Below, piece by piece: positions 52,065-64,000 of a DNA stretch of 64,000 nt (its first letter is position 1; each line of letters begins with the position of its first letter). The position numbers were made by a program, and so were the translations under genes. The stretch is from NCBI RefSeq assembly GCF_030144855.1, contig NC_082712.1:169508001-169572000 (forward strand). Reading direction: 5' to 3'. A model generated the notes under the pieces. That model made no database searches. It was not told the origin of the DNA and saw nothing but the letters and a program-made list of their open reading frames with translations. The DNA is from Hypanus sabinus. Lineage: Eukaryota.

Positions 52065-52223
52065 AATAAAAACACAAAATGCTGGCAGAACTCCTGATGA
52101 AGGGTTTCGGTCCGAAACGTCGTCTCTACCTCCTCCCATAGATGCTGAGTTTGGCCTGCTGAGTTCTGCCAGCATTTTGTGTTTTTATTTATTTCCAGCA
52201 TCTGCAGATTCACTCGTGTTGCC
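52065..52223 (+). mobile_element. Young Penelope-derived fold-back mini-element with an intact hammerhead core
   Basis: Perfect 29-bp inverted repeat 52065-52093 / 52161-52189; CTGATGA-AGGGTTTCGGTCC-GAAAC-GTC at 52094-52121; flanking duplication TTG(G/A)AATTTCTCA at 52053-52065 and 52224-52236. Confidence 0.85.
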
Positions 52224-52234
52224 TTGAAATTTCT

Positions 52235-53205
52235 CACCTGTTTCCAAAAGGCAACAATTATACCAATACTTAAGAAGAGCAGGGGGAGCTGCCTTTATGG
52301 CAATTGTCCAGAAGCACTTACTTCTACGGTGATGAAGTGCATTGAGAAGTTTGTTATGACTAACACCCTGGGAAAGATTTCACTGCTAATGTAATGATTT
52401 TTCTGTAGCAGCAGTGTTTGGGTTATAGCTAGAGATAACGGGGGCTTTGGAATGTGCGCCATCCAATAAAGGGAGTAGTTTTTTCTTGTTGTGTGCCTGA
52501 GAACGAGGTGATCTGGGTTTTTTGTTTGGTGAGAGTTGAAAAGAGAAGATGCCAGAAAAGAGTGGTCATAGACAACAGGGCGGAGTGGACTTGGAGTGGG
52601 GTTGGGAGTCAACGAAGCCTGGGGAAATTGATGGAGGACCAACGGAAGGGAAACTGTGAGCTCCAATGTGCACATTAGACTGTTTCATTAAAATGGGCCC
52701 ATTTTGTTTTTCTTTACTAACCCTTTAGTCAAATTAAGAATTATAAAGCTGAATCGTTTAATTGCATATGGTGTACTGTCTATTATTTTGTGGTACTGAT
52801 TTGTAACGGGGGAACTGATCACACAGCATCCACACAAACAGAAGGTTTTGTACCTCAGATTTCACACGTTTGGCGGGGCCAGAGACTGTCTTCCCTAGAC
52901 TAATGCCACTGGCGGAATCTGAGGGTTACAACTAGATTTAACTCCTGCCTCAGCAAGGAACTGGACCCACTGCAGTTTGCCTGTCACCACAAAAGGTCTA
53001 CAGCAGATGTGATCTCATTGGGTCTTCACGCAGCCTTGGATCAACTGCCCAATACATATACCTATGTTAGAATGCTGTTTATTTACTACAGCTCAGCACT
53101 TACCACAATCATTCCTACAGTTCTGATCGAAAAGCTCCAGAACCTGAACCTTTTTGCTCTATTATTATCTATTGCAAAGTTAACAAATTTCACAGTATAT
53201 GCTGG
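52235..53205 (+). mobile_element. Rex1/Babar RT fragment split by a solo LTR
   Basis: TCFQKATIIP..ALTSTVMKCIEK | ..LDPLQFA..TYVRMLFIYYSSALTTIIP. Confidence 0.8.
52359..52930 (+). mobile_element. Solo LTR (Gypsy-like)
   Basis: ~570-bp non-coding insert in the Rex RT with imperfect inverted termini TAACACCCT...AGGGTTACA; ACTA on both sides. Confidence 0.65.
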
Positions 53206-53212
53206 TGATATT

Positions 53213-53801
53213 GAGGCTCTATAAGGCACTCGTGAGACCATACTTGGAGTATTGTGTGCAGTTTTGGGCTCCTTATTTTAGAAAAAATATACTAACATTG
53301 GAGAGAGTTCAGAGAAGATTCACGAGAATGATTCCAGGTATGAAAGGGTTACCGTGTGAGGAAAGTCTGGCAGCTCTTGGGCTGTATTCCCTGGAGTTCG
53401 GAAGAATGAGGGGGAATCTCATAGAAACATTCCGAATGTTAAAAGGCCTGAACAGATTAGATATGGCCAAGTTATTTCCCGTGGTAGGGGAGTCCAGGAC
53501 AAAAGGGCACAAGTTCAGGATTGAAGGTCATCAATTTAGAACAGAGATACAGAGAAATTATTTTAGTCAGAGGGTGGTAAATCTGTGGAATTTGTTACCA
53601 TGAGCAGTTGTGGACGCCAAGTCATTGGGTGCATTTAAGGCAGAGATAGATCAGTTCTTGATTAGCCAGGGCATCAAAGGGTATGGGGAGAAGGCAGGGG
53701 AATGGGGATGACTGGAAGAATTGGATCAGCCTGTGATTGAATGGTGGAGCAGACTCGATGGGCCAAATGGCCTACTTCTGCTCCTATATCTTATGGTCTT
53801 A
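53213..53801 (+). mobile_element. Young CR1 3' fragment
   Basis: LRLYKALVRPYLEYCVQFWAP...FSQRVVNLWN; tail TCTTATGGTCTTA; TGATATT duplicated at 53206-53212 and 53802-53808. Confidence 0.92.
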
Positions 53802-54169
53802 TGATATTAAACCTGATCTGATTATTTAAATATCATTTACCTTGACTCCAGATTGTGTATTTTATGACCTGGGAATTCTTGAAGGTACAGTATAGATAGC
53901 TCAAAAAGAACATGCCAAATCTCTAAATGAGATGATGTGTAGTGTGCTGACATTTATGTTAGATAGTACTGGTGACTTACAATGCACTTTGTGATTTTGG
54001 TTTCCAGTTCAAAAAGATTTGTGTTAAAATTTAAATGATACCAAAGACAATATCTTCAGAATGATTCAACATTGAAGTCTTTAGTTACTATTTCACAATT
54101 AATAAATATTCTAATCCATTTTTAAAAAGGATAATCAAACAAAGGAAGTACACCAAGACAAAAAGAGAA

Positions 54170-54450
54170 TTAAGATTAGCTTGTTTTTTAATCCCATGTA
54201 AATAGAACATTCTGTGAAACGTGTTGTTTGTGTCAAATCAAATTACTGAGCATTGTGCTGGGCAGCCCACAAGTGTTATCATGATTCTATTGCCAACAGA
54301 GTATGCCCACAACCTACTAACTCTAATTATAATGTGGGTAGAAGCTGGAGCACCCGGGGGAAACCCACGCAGTCATGGGGAGAATGTATAAACTCCTTAC
54401 AGACAACTGCAGGAATTAACCTAGATCTTATAGCTAGCACTGTAATTGTA
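54170..54450 (-). mobile_element. V-SINE (HE1-like)
   Basis: GGAGCACCCGGGGGAAACCCACGCAGTCATGGGGAGAATGTATAAACTCCTTACA is the reverse V-domain. Confidence 0.8.
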
Positions 54451-54889
54451 TTAATTTCCTAAAATTTGCAGCTGCAAGGTGAAAAAGGTTTCATGCTTGC
54501 TATCAATTCTTTGTAAAACTGACACCAACTTTGGTTATGTATAGGAATGTACATATGAATAGATTGATGCAAAGTCCTTTACTCAGTGTTTGCATTAATA
54601 ACAATAAAAGTGTTAATCATTTTTAGGCATAAGATTTAATAGCATACTATATCATAATTACAGCTGAACTGTTTTACCCCTGTAAATCAAATGATATGAA
54701 ATCTTGTTTTCTAAGAATCAGTTTAAAAATGCATAACTTTAAAAATAATGTTTTATTTTAAAATTTGTTCGGTTTCGACTTTCCCTTTATCCATGCATTT
54801 GTTTTACATTCTGTACAATAATTAAAAAGTGAATTAAAACTTTTTAATATAAATCTCTTGTCTGAAAATTTGTCAGTCTTAAAAACCAA

Positions 54890-56580
54890 CCATAAGGCAT
54901 AGGAGTAGAATTAGGCCATTCAGCCCATTGAATCTGCTTCGCCATTCGATCATGGCAAATTTATTAACCCTCTCAACCCTATTCTCTTGCCTTCTCCCCA
55001 TAACATTTGTCACCCTTACTAATCAAGAATTTATTAACCTCCACTTTAAATTTACCCAATGACTTGGCCTTCAAAGTGGTCTGTGGCAATGAAGTACATA
55101 GATTCACCACCCTATGGCTAAAGGAATTCCTTCTCATCTCTGTTCAGAAGGGATTTCCATAAGCTATAGGAACAGAATTAGGCCATTTAGCACATCGCGT
55201 TTGCTCTGCCATTTCATCATGGCTGATCTCATTTTCCTCTCAGCCCCAATCTCCTGCCTTCTCCCCTTATCCTTTCATGCTCTGACCAATCAAAAATCTA
55301 TCCACCTCTGCCTTAAGTATACATAAAGACTTGGTCTCCACAGATGACTGTGGTAAAAAAAAGTTCCACAGATTCAGCACTCTCTGGCTAAGTCAATTCC
55401 TCTTTATCTCCATTTTAAAAGGACGTTTCTCTATTCTGAGGCTGAATTCCAGTGAATGCAGGCCTAGAACCATGTAACAATCTTCATATGACAAGCCATT
55501 CAATCCTGGAATCATTTTTGTGCACCTCCTTTGAACCCTCTCCAGTTTCAGCACATCCTTTTCAAGATAAGGGGCCCAAAACTGCTCAAGTGAGGCCTCA
55601 CCAGTGCTTTATAAAATCTCAACATGACATCCTTGCTTTTATATTTTAGTCCTCTAGAAATGAGTGCCAACATTGCATTTGCCTTCCTTACCACAGACTC
55701 AACCTGCAAGTTAATCTTTAGGGAATCCTGCACAAGGACTCCCAAGTTCTTTTGCACCTCAGTTTTTTAAAATATATTTTTTCTCCATTTAGAAAATAAT
55801 CAACCATTTTATTTCTTGTACCAAAGTGCATGACCGTACACTTTCCAACACTGTATTCCACCTGCCATTTCTTTGCCCATTCTCCTAATCTGTCTAAGTT
55901 CTTCTATAGCCTCTCTATTTCCTCAAAACTACCTGCTCCTCCACATATCTTCATATTGTATACAAACTTTTCATCCAAATCATTGACAAATAACATAAAA
56001 ATAGGTCCTAACACAGGCCCTTTATGGAACACCACTTGTCACTGGCAGCCAAACACAAAAGACACCCTTTATCTCCACTCTTTGCTTCCTGCCAATCAGC
56101 CACTGCTTTATCCATGCTAGAATCTTCCCTGTAATATTGTGTGCCCATAGCTTGTTATACAACCTCATGTGTGCAACCTTGTCAAAGACCTTCTTAAAAT
56201 CCAAGTACATAACATCAACCAATTCTCCTTTGCAAATCCTGCTTGTTATTGTTTGAAAGAATTCCAGAAGGGTTGTCAGGCAATATTTTCCCTTGAGAAA
56301 ACCATGCTGACTACAGCCTATTTTATCACATGCCTCCGAGTTCTCTTGAGACTTCATCCTGAATAATTGACTCCAACATCTTCCCAACCACTGAAGTCAT
56401 CTGGTCCAGGTGACTTATCTACCCTCAAACCTTTCAGTTTCCCAGGAACCTTCTCTCTAGGTTTGGGAACTTCACACATTTCATGCCCTCTGACTCCTGG
56501 AACCTCCAAAATACTCCTGGCGTCTTCCACAGGGAAAACTGATGCAAGACACTTATTCAGTTTGTCTGTCATTTTATCAG
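54890..56580 (-). mobile_element. Two tandem CR1 3' fragments (~54890-55155 and ~55160-56580)
   Basis: Two 3' UTRs; RT SQHGFLKGKYCLT..YLDFKKVFDKV..VTSGVP; DKSPGPD. Confidence 0.85.
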
Positions 56581-56581
56581 G

Positions 56582-56680
56582 GTCTCTCTCCCTTCACCTT
56601 CTCTCTCTCCCTTCACCCCCGCTCTCTCCCTCCCTTAGCTCCTCTCTCCCTTCCCCCAACTCTCTGCCCCTCTCTCTCTA
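56582..56680. repeat. CT-rich low-complexity tract
   Basis: Nearly pure pyrimidine (TC/CCCT)n. Confidence 0.85.
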
Positions 56681-56954
56681 TGACCATTTGTAAATCTCCT
56701 CTGCCATCATGAGTTTTAGAAATGTAAATCTTTCCTGGAGATATCACTGAAATGTCTTTTTTTTTGTAAATTTGATGTTCCTGTTTGGCTATATCTTTCT
56801 ATAACAGTGTGTGCAACTGAGTTAGGAAATGCTGAGTCATTTATTGGAAAGTTTTTATGTATTAAGACATGCACATTGTTTTAATAAAGTTACTTTAGTG
56901 GCATTTTTACTCCTCCTGAGAACAAAAACAACATTTGAAATTATGGAGTACAGA

Positions 56955-58065
56955 GGAAGTCCAAGTAAGATATGTGCTGGAAGAACTTATACGTTCAGGC
57001 AGCATGTGGAAATATATGACAAGAGTTCGTATTTCAGGTCAATGGCCTTGCATCATCACTGGGAAAATATGGAGATAAGAGATTTTAAAAATTCTGAAAA
57101 AAAGAAAGAATGGGAAGAACAAAAAGGAAGGTCTGATGGCATGGATGACAGGAGAGTTTAAATTGCACAAGGCAAAATTAGTGATAATGGGTTAAGTAAA
57201 GAAAGCAAAGATAGATCAAGAGGAAGTGATCAAAAACATTATCTGAAATGTTTGAAGGATATAATATTCCTCGTTGATAATTAAGTATTGTTCCTTGAAC
57301 AATTTGAATTAGTGTTGCAATGCAGTAAGTCAAAAAGAGAGGTCAGAGAATGTCCATGGGAAGGTTAAAGGGACAGGCCACAGAATTCTATGCTTGAACT
57401 ATAAAGAAGTGTATCACAAAGTACTCACCTGATCTCCATTTGGTTTTCCCATTGTGGAGGAGACCATATCACAAGAAGCTAATATAGCATATTTAATTGA
57501 ATGAAGTAAAGGTTTTTAAGGTTCTGAGCGTTGGGATGCAAAAGTATAGAAAGGCATATTCCCATTCAGACATAATGTTCTATAGCCACCTCTACTGTCA
57601 TGATAAGTCCACCCTCAGGGTTTAAGAGCAACACCTTGTATTCTGCCTGGGTAGCCTCCAACCTGATAGCATGATCGATTTCTCTTGTAAAACAAATTTT
57701 CCTCCCTCCTCTTCCTGATTCCTCACTTTGACCTATTACCACTTCTCACCTGCCTATCACATCCCATTGGGCTCCCTCCTTCTTTCCCTTCTCCTATGAT
57801 GTACTCCCCTCTCCTATCAGATTCCTTCTTCTCCAGCCCTTGACTGTTCCTATCTACCTGACTACCTGGCATCTTTCAGCTAGCCTCTTTCCCCTCCTCC
57901 TACCTTTTTATTCTGTTGTCTTCCCCCTTCTCAGTTCTGAAGAAGGGTCTCGGCCCAGACTGTGGACTGTTTATTTATTTCTATAAATGCTGCCTGACCT
58001 GCTGAGGTCCTCCGGCATTTTGTGTCTGCTTCTTTGGATTTCAAGCATCTGCAGACTTTATCATT
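56955..58065. mobile_element. Two Penelope-like 3' fragments in opposite orientation (old minus ~56955-57560; plus ~57560-58065)
   Basis: Minus piece has the terminal motif and a reverse GLLHNGKTKWRSGEYF GIY-YIG remnant. Plus piece has EQHLVFCLGSLQP and the terminal CAGTTCTGAAGAAGGGTCTCGGCCC. Confidence 0.7.
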
Positions 58066-59475
58066 TTTATGTATTGCAACTCCTGCAGTTGCATAGTTGA
58101 CAAGGGAAAAGTGATGTTAATGCCACATTGGAAAAGATTTCTTTTTCTTTTCCTCTAGCTCTCTTTCTTTTGAACTCCATGCATGCCATCTCTCTTACAA
58201 ACACAACACACCATATTATTTTTTTATTTTCTTCTTGAATCATTGAACCACTGACCGTAATGTAACTTTTATGCTTCTGCTAGTATTGATTTGGTATTGT
58301 CATCTGGTGCAAAATGACTAAGTCCTCATTTGATGATGGGGCCTTAACTTATATTAATAGTGCAGGGAGTAGTACCATGTAGGACGTGAATTATAATTGA
58401 TCACTTCTGACTCATCTTCAGTACTTGAATATATTAATATTCCTGTTGTTTACAATGCATTATTAATGTATTTAATAATACATCATCTAAGTAATTTATT
58501 ATGGTGAAGAATGTGACTGATGTTGAGGCTAAAGTTGCACATGGAATGACTCATTGACATAGCACTAAAATCAACAGATATTGAAGGTAATTACAATAAG
58601 TACAGAGATTTTTCAATATGTAATTTGATGTATTTTCCTATTTATAGTAATTATTTTTCCAGCACAGTAGTGCCAACAGATACCTTGACACCATTTTTCT
58701 GACACTTGTGAAAGTGAATGAATGGCTCAATATATACATCAGTAAACAAGATGCAAAGACTACATATTTTTCTGAGCATTATAGTCAGACATGTGGTTAG
58801 CACAATTCATGGTTAATACTTATAGATTGCACGGTTTGATAGATCATTCTATAAAAATAGGTCACATCTGCAGTTAAAATTGCTCAAGCAGAGATACAAT
58901 ATATCATGCTCAATTGAGTGTATCTGAATGATTCTTCCTTCTTGATGTTTTACTAGTTTTATTTGAAAGGAGTACTTTGTGTGGAATTGCCATTTTTTTA
59001 TCTAATTTGTAAGAAAGCTGTGTAATGTTGTGCATTTTCTGTTGATGACTTCTCTCTGAAATCTTAGAGTGGCATTGTACCTCTCTCTGTTGCTTTGGAA
59101 GTATTTCTCTTTTAACATGTTTTTTTTCTTCACCCTATCCTTTGCAAGATTTATTAATAAAGTTGGCAGTGTTAGAAGTACTCATTGTGTGAGCAAGTAT
59201 CTTTAGAGAGATAAACAATTAATATTTCAGATGAATGATCTTTTATGAAAGTGGTTATGATGCTTTAGCAAACAGAATTTGACACTGAATGACATGGAAA
59301 CTGAAAGGTTGGATGGAGAGGTGGATTTTATAGGACCCTTTAATGGCAAAGGAAAAAAGTTTACAGAGGAAACTTCAGAACTTTTTGGAGGCTTGGTGGT
59401 TGAAGACCACTGTTTAGTTGAACTAGTTAGGTTCATGAGTAATCAGATGGCCAGAATTGGAGGCAACTTGCCTTG

Positions 59476-59515
59476 ATCAAATGTGCACTTGAGGTCATCC
59501 AAGTGCACATTTGAT
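59476..59515. repeat. Perfect 16-bp inverted repeat with 8-nt loop
   Basis: ATCAAATGTGCACTTG-AGGTCATC-CAAGTGCACATTTGAT. Confidence 0.95.
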
Positions 59516-59936
59516 TGGTGTGTCCTAAACTTGCACCAGGTCAAATTTGCTAACTACTCATGTTTACTGACCTACTTTGGTTTTCATTGAAGGAGTATCT
59601 CAGGTTTAAAATTCCTATCCAGGCTTTTGAATTCCTAAATCTCTGTGATCTCTTCAAGCCCCATAACATCTCTGTAACATGAAGAAAAATCCACAGCACA
59701 ATTTAGAAAGAGAATTGAGTTATCCTTGGTGGTGCTATTAAAGTTGATTCTGAGTAAAACTTGGAAGATCAGCTTCTTATCTTCACAACAGTTTATTGCG
59801 CACCCTGCTGCAGGAGTTTGAGACCCAGTTGTTGAAGGGAAGGCACATAATTACTGCCACCATCTAACAAGTGGACTCACTTAGGTTACAGCCGTATATT
59901 TTTACAAAGTAAGCCCCATCGATTACTATTGCAAGA

Positions 59937-60594
59937 TGTTATTAGAACTGGTACACCCACCAAGTCTGTTGGTGCAAAGCTTAATACTTAGATAAGACAG
60001 TCAGCTAAATCAAGGTTTTAATTACAGATGGATGTACTGTCCAGTCCTTATCAGTTATTCCCTTTGCAAGGCCCTGACCAAATTACAGACAGATGTTCAT
60101 ACCTGTCCTTAACAGTGAGTCCTCCTCCTCTTACTCAAATGAGGGTACAATGTATAATGTTATCAACTATCAATGTCTGTCTCTGCATACCAAAGGTGAA
60201 CTGGTAATGATCCTGTCTTAGCTAACCACTGAAGACAGAGTTTACTTCAGTTCAAAGATTCCTATTCAGTCCCAATTATTCTTTTAGCCAGGTTCAAAAT
60301 GATTTTTTTATATCCTCAGTTCCTCAGTGCCCAACTGAGTGGGCTAATTCATTGCTAAATAGAAATAACCAGAGAATCACCTGCAGAACAGCCTTCTCCA
60401 ACATACAAAATGCTGGAGGAACTCAACAGGCCAGGCAGCATCTATGGAAAAAAATATTGTCGATGTTTCAGCCTAAAACGTTGACTGTACTTTTCTTCAT
60501 AGACACTGCCTGGCTTGCTGATTTCCTCCAACATTTTGTGTGTGTTGCTTAAATATCCAGCATCTGCAAATTTTCTCTTGTTTATTCTCCAACA
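59937..60594 (-). mobile_element. Possible LTR (ERV-like), split near one end by a Penelope mini-element
   Basis: Minus strand TGTTGGAGAA ... CTAATAACA termini, ATTAAA polyA-like signal, purine-rich run before the TG. Confidence 0.35.
60405..60584 (+). mobile_element. Penelope-derived fold-back mini-element
   Basis: ACAAAATGCTGGAGGAACTCAACAGGCCAGGCAGCATCTATG is inverted to CATAGACACTGCCTGGCTTGCTGATTTCCTCCAACATTTTGT; TTCTCCAACAT duplicated at 60394-60404 and 60585-60595. Confidence 0.85.
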
Positions 60595-61039
60595 TCCACA
60601 TCTTTACTTCCAGTGTCCCCAAAGCACCTACCCAGAATCCCTCCTGATTTCTGACTTGCTTTTTGTTCCTCAAAGACACAGTTGAAAACTCTGTCTATCC
60701 ACATTTATGATGTTGACACAGCTGGTTTACCAGCCATTCCATCCCTTGTAATGACATGAAGATGAAGTAAATTTTTCAGAACCTGTTGTATATGTTATCT
60801 TTGGTCCAGAGGTAAGCTTTGAAGCAAATATGCATGGCACCATTAAATAAAAAAACTAGTAGACTAATACAACATTGGCTAACTCCAGCATAGTCTCAAC
60901 TCATCTGCTGCTGAAACCCTTTGCCATGCTCTTCCTATCTCCAGGCTTAACTATTTCAACACATTTAGCTGGCTTCCTTTACTTAAGTTTCCATAAACTT
61001 TGGGTCATTGAAAATTATGTCATATGTCTTGATGTACAC

Positions 61040-61350
61040 CAAGTCCTGTTTACTTTGTAAGTCTGTGTTTGATGACCTGCATTGTCTTCTACTAAGCACT
61101 GGCTCAGATTTAAAATTCTTATCCCTGCTTTTATTATCTTACTACAGCCTTGCCCCTTCCAATCTCTGATGTTTCTGTGAGCTTTAATATAATTGGGGTA
61201 TCAACACTTGCTATTTCCCTTAGTTTAACGTGAATAACACCCACCTTCAACAGTACAGCACTCCTTAGATCTGTATAAGGGAGTCAGCCTGTTGAAGAGA
61301 AATGTGAGCCCACAGCCTTCTGTTTCCTGCAGGACTCAACCAATTGAGCC
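61040..61350. mobile_element. L2 3' relic (+, ~61040-61200) and Deu/Sac-type SINE relic (-, ~61235-61350)
   Basis: GACCTGCATTG..TTTAAAATTCTTATCC..CCTTGCCCCTTCC; CCACCTTCAACAGTACAGCACTCC. Both degenerate. Confidence 0.4.
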
Positions 61351-62254
61351 ATACTTGACATTTAACCAGTGCTTAAAGGAATCTAACATTTTGCTGTATA
61401 ATAATGGAAATAGAATTCTTTTAAGAATCTATTGAATTAATAGTAAAATGGTTGTAAGCAGTTTTAGCTGTCTCCATTCCTGATTGTCATGCTCATTTGT
61501 ATTTAGCCTGGAGATACCGTACAGCTTTTCCACAGCGGGGAGCTGTGCTGATAATTCCACCTGGTGGGCATTGTAACTTAGTTCCATTTTTTAAATAGAG
61601 TTTTGTTTATTATAGTAACAGAAGATAAATAATGATGTCTCCTAATGTGTTTTAGCCATACTTCCTGTGTGGACAGCATGGGTTCCAGAGGGGATGTGCT
61701 CTAAAATGCAATCAACGGATGAGAAAAAAACTACCATGCACACAGCAGGGCAAACCTGAGGATGTGACTTACTGCTGTTAATTGTAGGACTGTAGCTGAC
61801 ATATGATAAACCTCTAGCATTCAGTCCTATTATGAACTGGACTGCTGCAGTGTCTTCAAGCACTGAGGGTCTTCTCTGTCATCAGACCTCAAATGTGTTT
61901 TTGGAAACTGGTACAAATTCTTATGATATGGTTGCCTTTTCTGGAATCCTTTTCACATTTTAAAGCTGGAATATTTAAAAACAAATGTTGCCACATGCTA
62001 CAGCGTATTTAACATTTTTATTTGTTATGAAAGGGTACATTTATCACAGTGCCATCAGTTCATACCCAGAAAAGGATGTAGTTTATTAGTGAATATATTC
62101 ATAAGTTTTGAGATTTTATTTTTAAAAATTAAATTCAAGAGGAAAAATTAAATGTAGTTTCTTCTGTTGAATGAAGCTTTTATACTGAATTTATGTGAAC
62201 TGGTGAAGGGGGGCATTTGGCAGGTAAGGAGGGGTATCGTGAAGGGGGAGCATA

Positions 62255-62652
62255 AGGCCTCAATGCTACCCATCCCCCCCCCCCCCAACATTCCCCATCC
62301 CTTTTCCCTTTCTCACGTTATCTCCTTGCCTGTCCCATCACCTCTCTCTGGTGCTCCACCCCCCTCCTTTTATTTCTTCCATGGCCTTCTGTCCTCTTTT
62401 ATTAGATTCCCCTTCTCTAGCCCTGTATCTCTTTCACCAACTTCCCAGCTCTTTACTCCCCCCCCCCCCACCACCACTTTACGGTTTCAACTATCACCTT
62501 GTGTTTCTCCATCCCCTCCCCACCTTTTGAATCTGCTCCTCATCTTTTTTTCTCTAGTCCTGCTGAAGGGTCTTGGCCCAAAGTGTCATCTATACTGTTT
62601 TCCGTAGATCTATCTGGGCTGCAGAGTTCCTCCAGTATTTGTGTGTGTTACT
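62255..62652 (+). mobile_element. Penelope-like 3' terminal region
   Basis: Pyrimidine-rich 3' region matching the reverse of 6930-7230; AGTCCTGCTGAAGGGTCTTGGCCC. Confidence 0.85.
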
Positions 62653-62747
62653 TATAGTTAGCTACTTGACGGACATAGTAAATCCCAGGTTATCTTTTGA
62701 CCAAGTCATTCATTTTCTGATCCATCTATTACTTTCTTTATACTGTA

Positions 62748-62952
62748 AGTGATTCTGCAGACACTAGAAATCCAAAGCAACAAACACAAAGTACTTGAGG
62801 AACTCAGCAGGTCAGCTGGCTTCTTTGGAAATGAATCAACAGTCAACGTTTTGGGCTGATCCGGTCCTGATAAAGGGGTCTCAACCTTATACGTCAACTG
62901 TTTATTCCTCTCCATAGATACTGCTTGACCTGCTAAGTTCTTCTAGGATCTT
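62748..62952 (-). mobile_element. Penelope-derived fold-back mini-element
   Basis: GAGGAACTCAGCAGGTCAGC..AACAGTCAACGTTTTGGG is inverted to ACGTCAACTGTTT..CTTGACCTGCTAAGTTCTTC. Confidence 0.8.
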
Positions 62953-63713
62953 GCTCATGTGGTCTAATCTGCATTTAAACTACATGAAGTAAGGAAGGCA
63001 TAAGAACAAAAGGTATTTAGATAGTATGCTTACAACTCATAAAGAATAGGAGTGTTGCTTTGTGAAAACCAAGAAGTGGCAAAAAGAGACATGGTTTGAA
63101 AAGTTGCTGCTGAAGGAAGGATGATTACACTAGACATACCTTGTCTACTGATTTAAAAAAACTGACTCAGGCACCAGTTGAAACATTGACCCCAGTTTTT
63201 AAAGTTTTTTTTTAACATCTCACCTTTCTCTGTGATTAAGCCTGATTAAGGCATTAATTGCTATTTAATTTGGGCATAATTTAAAGGTGATTTAGTTAAT
63301 TAGTGGACAGAGAAAGAAGGAATAGCTTGAGAAACAGCATTGAGCACAAAATTGGTTCAATGTTGCACAAATCTCAGTGAAATGAAGCTTTGAAATGGTG
63401 ACTTAATATATCTAATGGTGTGCTGGAATACAATTTGTAAAAGCAAGTAACTATTCAGATCAGTTTATGTTTACAGACATTATGAATCCACAAGTTAAGG
63501 GTGGGAGCTTCAACCAAAAACAAGCTCAGCAAGCCAGATTATACAAATGGAAAAACAAGTGAAAAAGGATGGCAGGCAAAAATGGCTGATTTTGCAACAG
63601 GCCAGGAAATAGTTGGAAAAGATGAAGGGGAAATTAAATTGCCAAGCAGCTGGGATCTTCTAAGATGAATGCCTTAACCAAAAGAGACATTCCTGTTAGG
63701 CGATTGTATATAT

Positions 63714-63842
63714 AGTCAGCCCTCCTTATCCGCTGGTTTCACATGCGTAGATTCAACCAACCCCGGATTTGGAAAACCCGGCAGTTTTCTCTCCAGCACT
63801 TGTTGTTTGAGCATGTATAGACTTTTTTCTTTCTTGTCATTC
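63714..63842 (+). mobile_element. Tigger (MER2/Tigger4-like) left end
   Basis: TA-TAGTCAGCCCTCCTTATCCGCTGGTTTCACATGCGTAGATTCAACCAACC. Confidence 0.7.
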
Positions 63843-63844
63843 TG

Positions 63845-63965
63845 GAAGTAGATTGCCAGGCCTTTCTTCCATGCAGATACTGCTGCTGCCCAGGTTGGGA
63901 CCTCGCTGGATTTGAACTCAGGACCATCTGCCTTCAAGTCCAGTGCTGATGTCATTACACTACCT
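63845..63965 (-). mobile_element. tRNA-derived SINE head
   Basis: Minus strand GGTAGTGTAATGAC (A-box-like) ... GAGTTCAAATCC (B box). Confidence 0.7.
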
Positions 63966-64000
63966 GTCCTTACTTCATTCAAATTCACTGATTTGTGGAC

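Noticed and set aside
63905-63965. tRNA gene
   Set aside because: A and B boxes are present, but there is no full cloverleaf and it continues into a SINE body.
1-64000. Prokaryotic operon, CRISPR array or defence system
   Set aside because: The DNA is vertebrate repeat-rich sequence with no long intact ORFs and no regularly spaced repeat-spacer array.

Overview
This is eukaryotic, repeat-dense vertebrate DNA. The repeat families (CR1/HER1-type LINEs, V-SINE/HE1-like SINEs, Neptune-type Penelope elements, Rex1/Babar) suggest a cartilaginous fish, probably a ray (inference). I found no intact host protein-coding exon, RNA gene or prokaryotic system, so the window reads as a large intron or intergenic region. 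Almost all listed ORFs are transposable-element fragments or chance. Main contents: (1) a decayed ERV env (TM) with PPT and 3' LTR at the left edge; (2) an ~11 kb nested cluster (14.5-25.7 kb) of CR1s, a solo LTR and an apparently full-length RTE LINE whose 5' half is inverted in twin-priming geometry, with a TSD; (3) many Penelope-like fragments and short fold-back derivatives carrying a minimal hammerhead-ribozyme motif; (4) two inverted copies of a Tigger/pogo-derived element; (5) a 50-bp hAT MITE with an 8-bp TSD; (6) many CR1, Rex, L2 and SINE relics. The best candidate for a system is the family of hammerhead-bearing, fold-back Penelope mini-elements with a recurrent inversion start point. 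Family names come from motif recognition by eye, not database searches, and boundaries are approximate unless a TSD or TIR is quoted.
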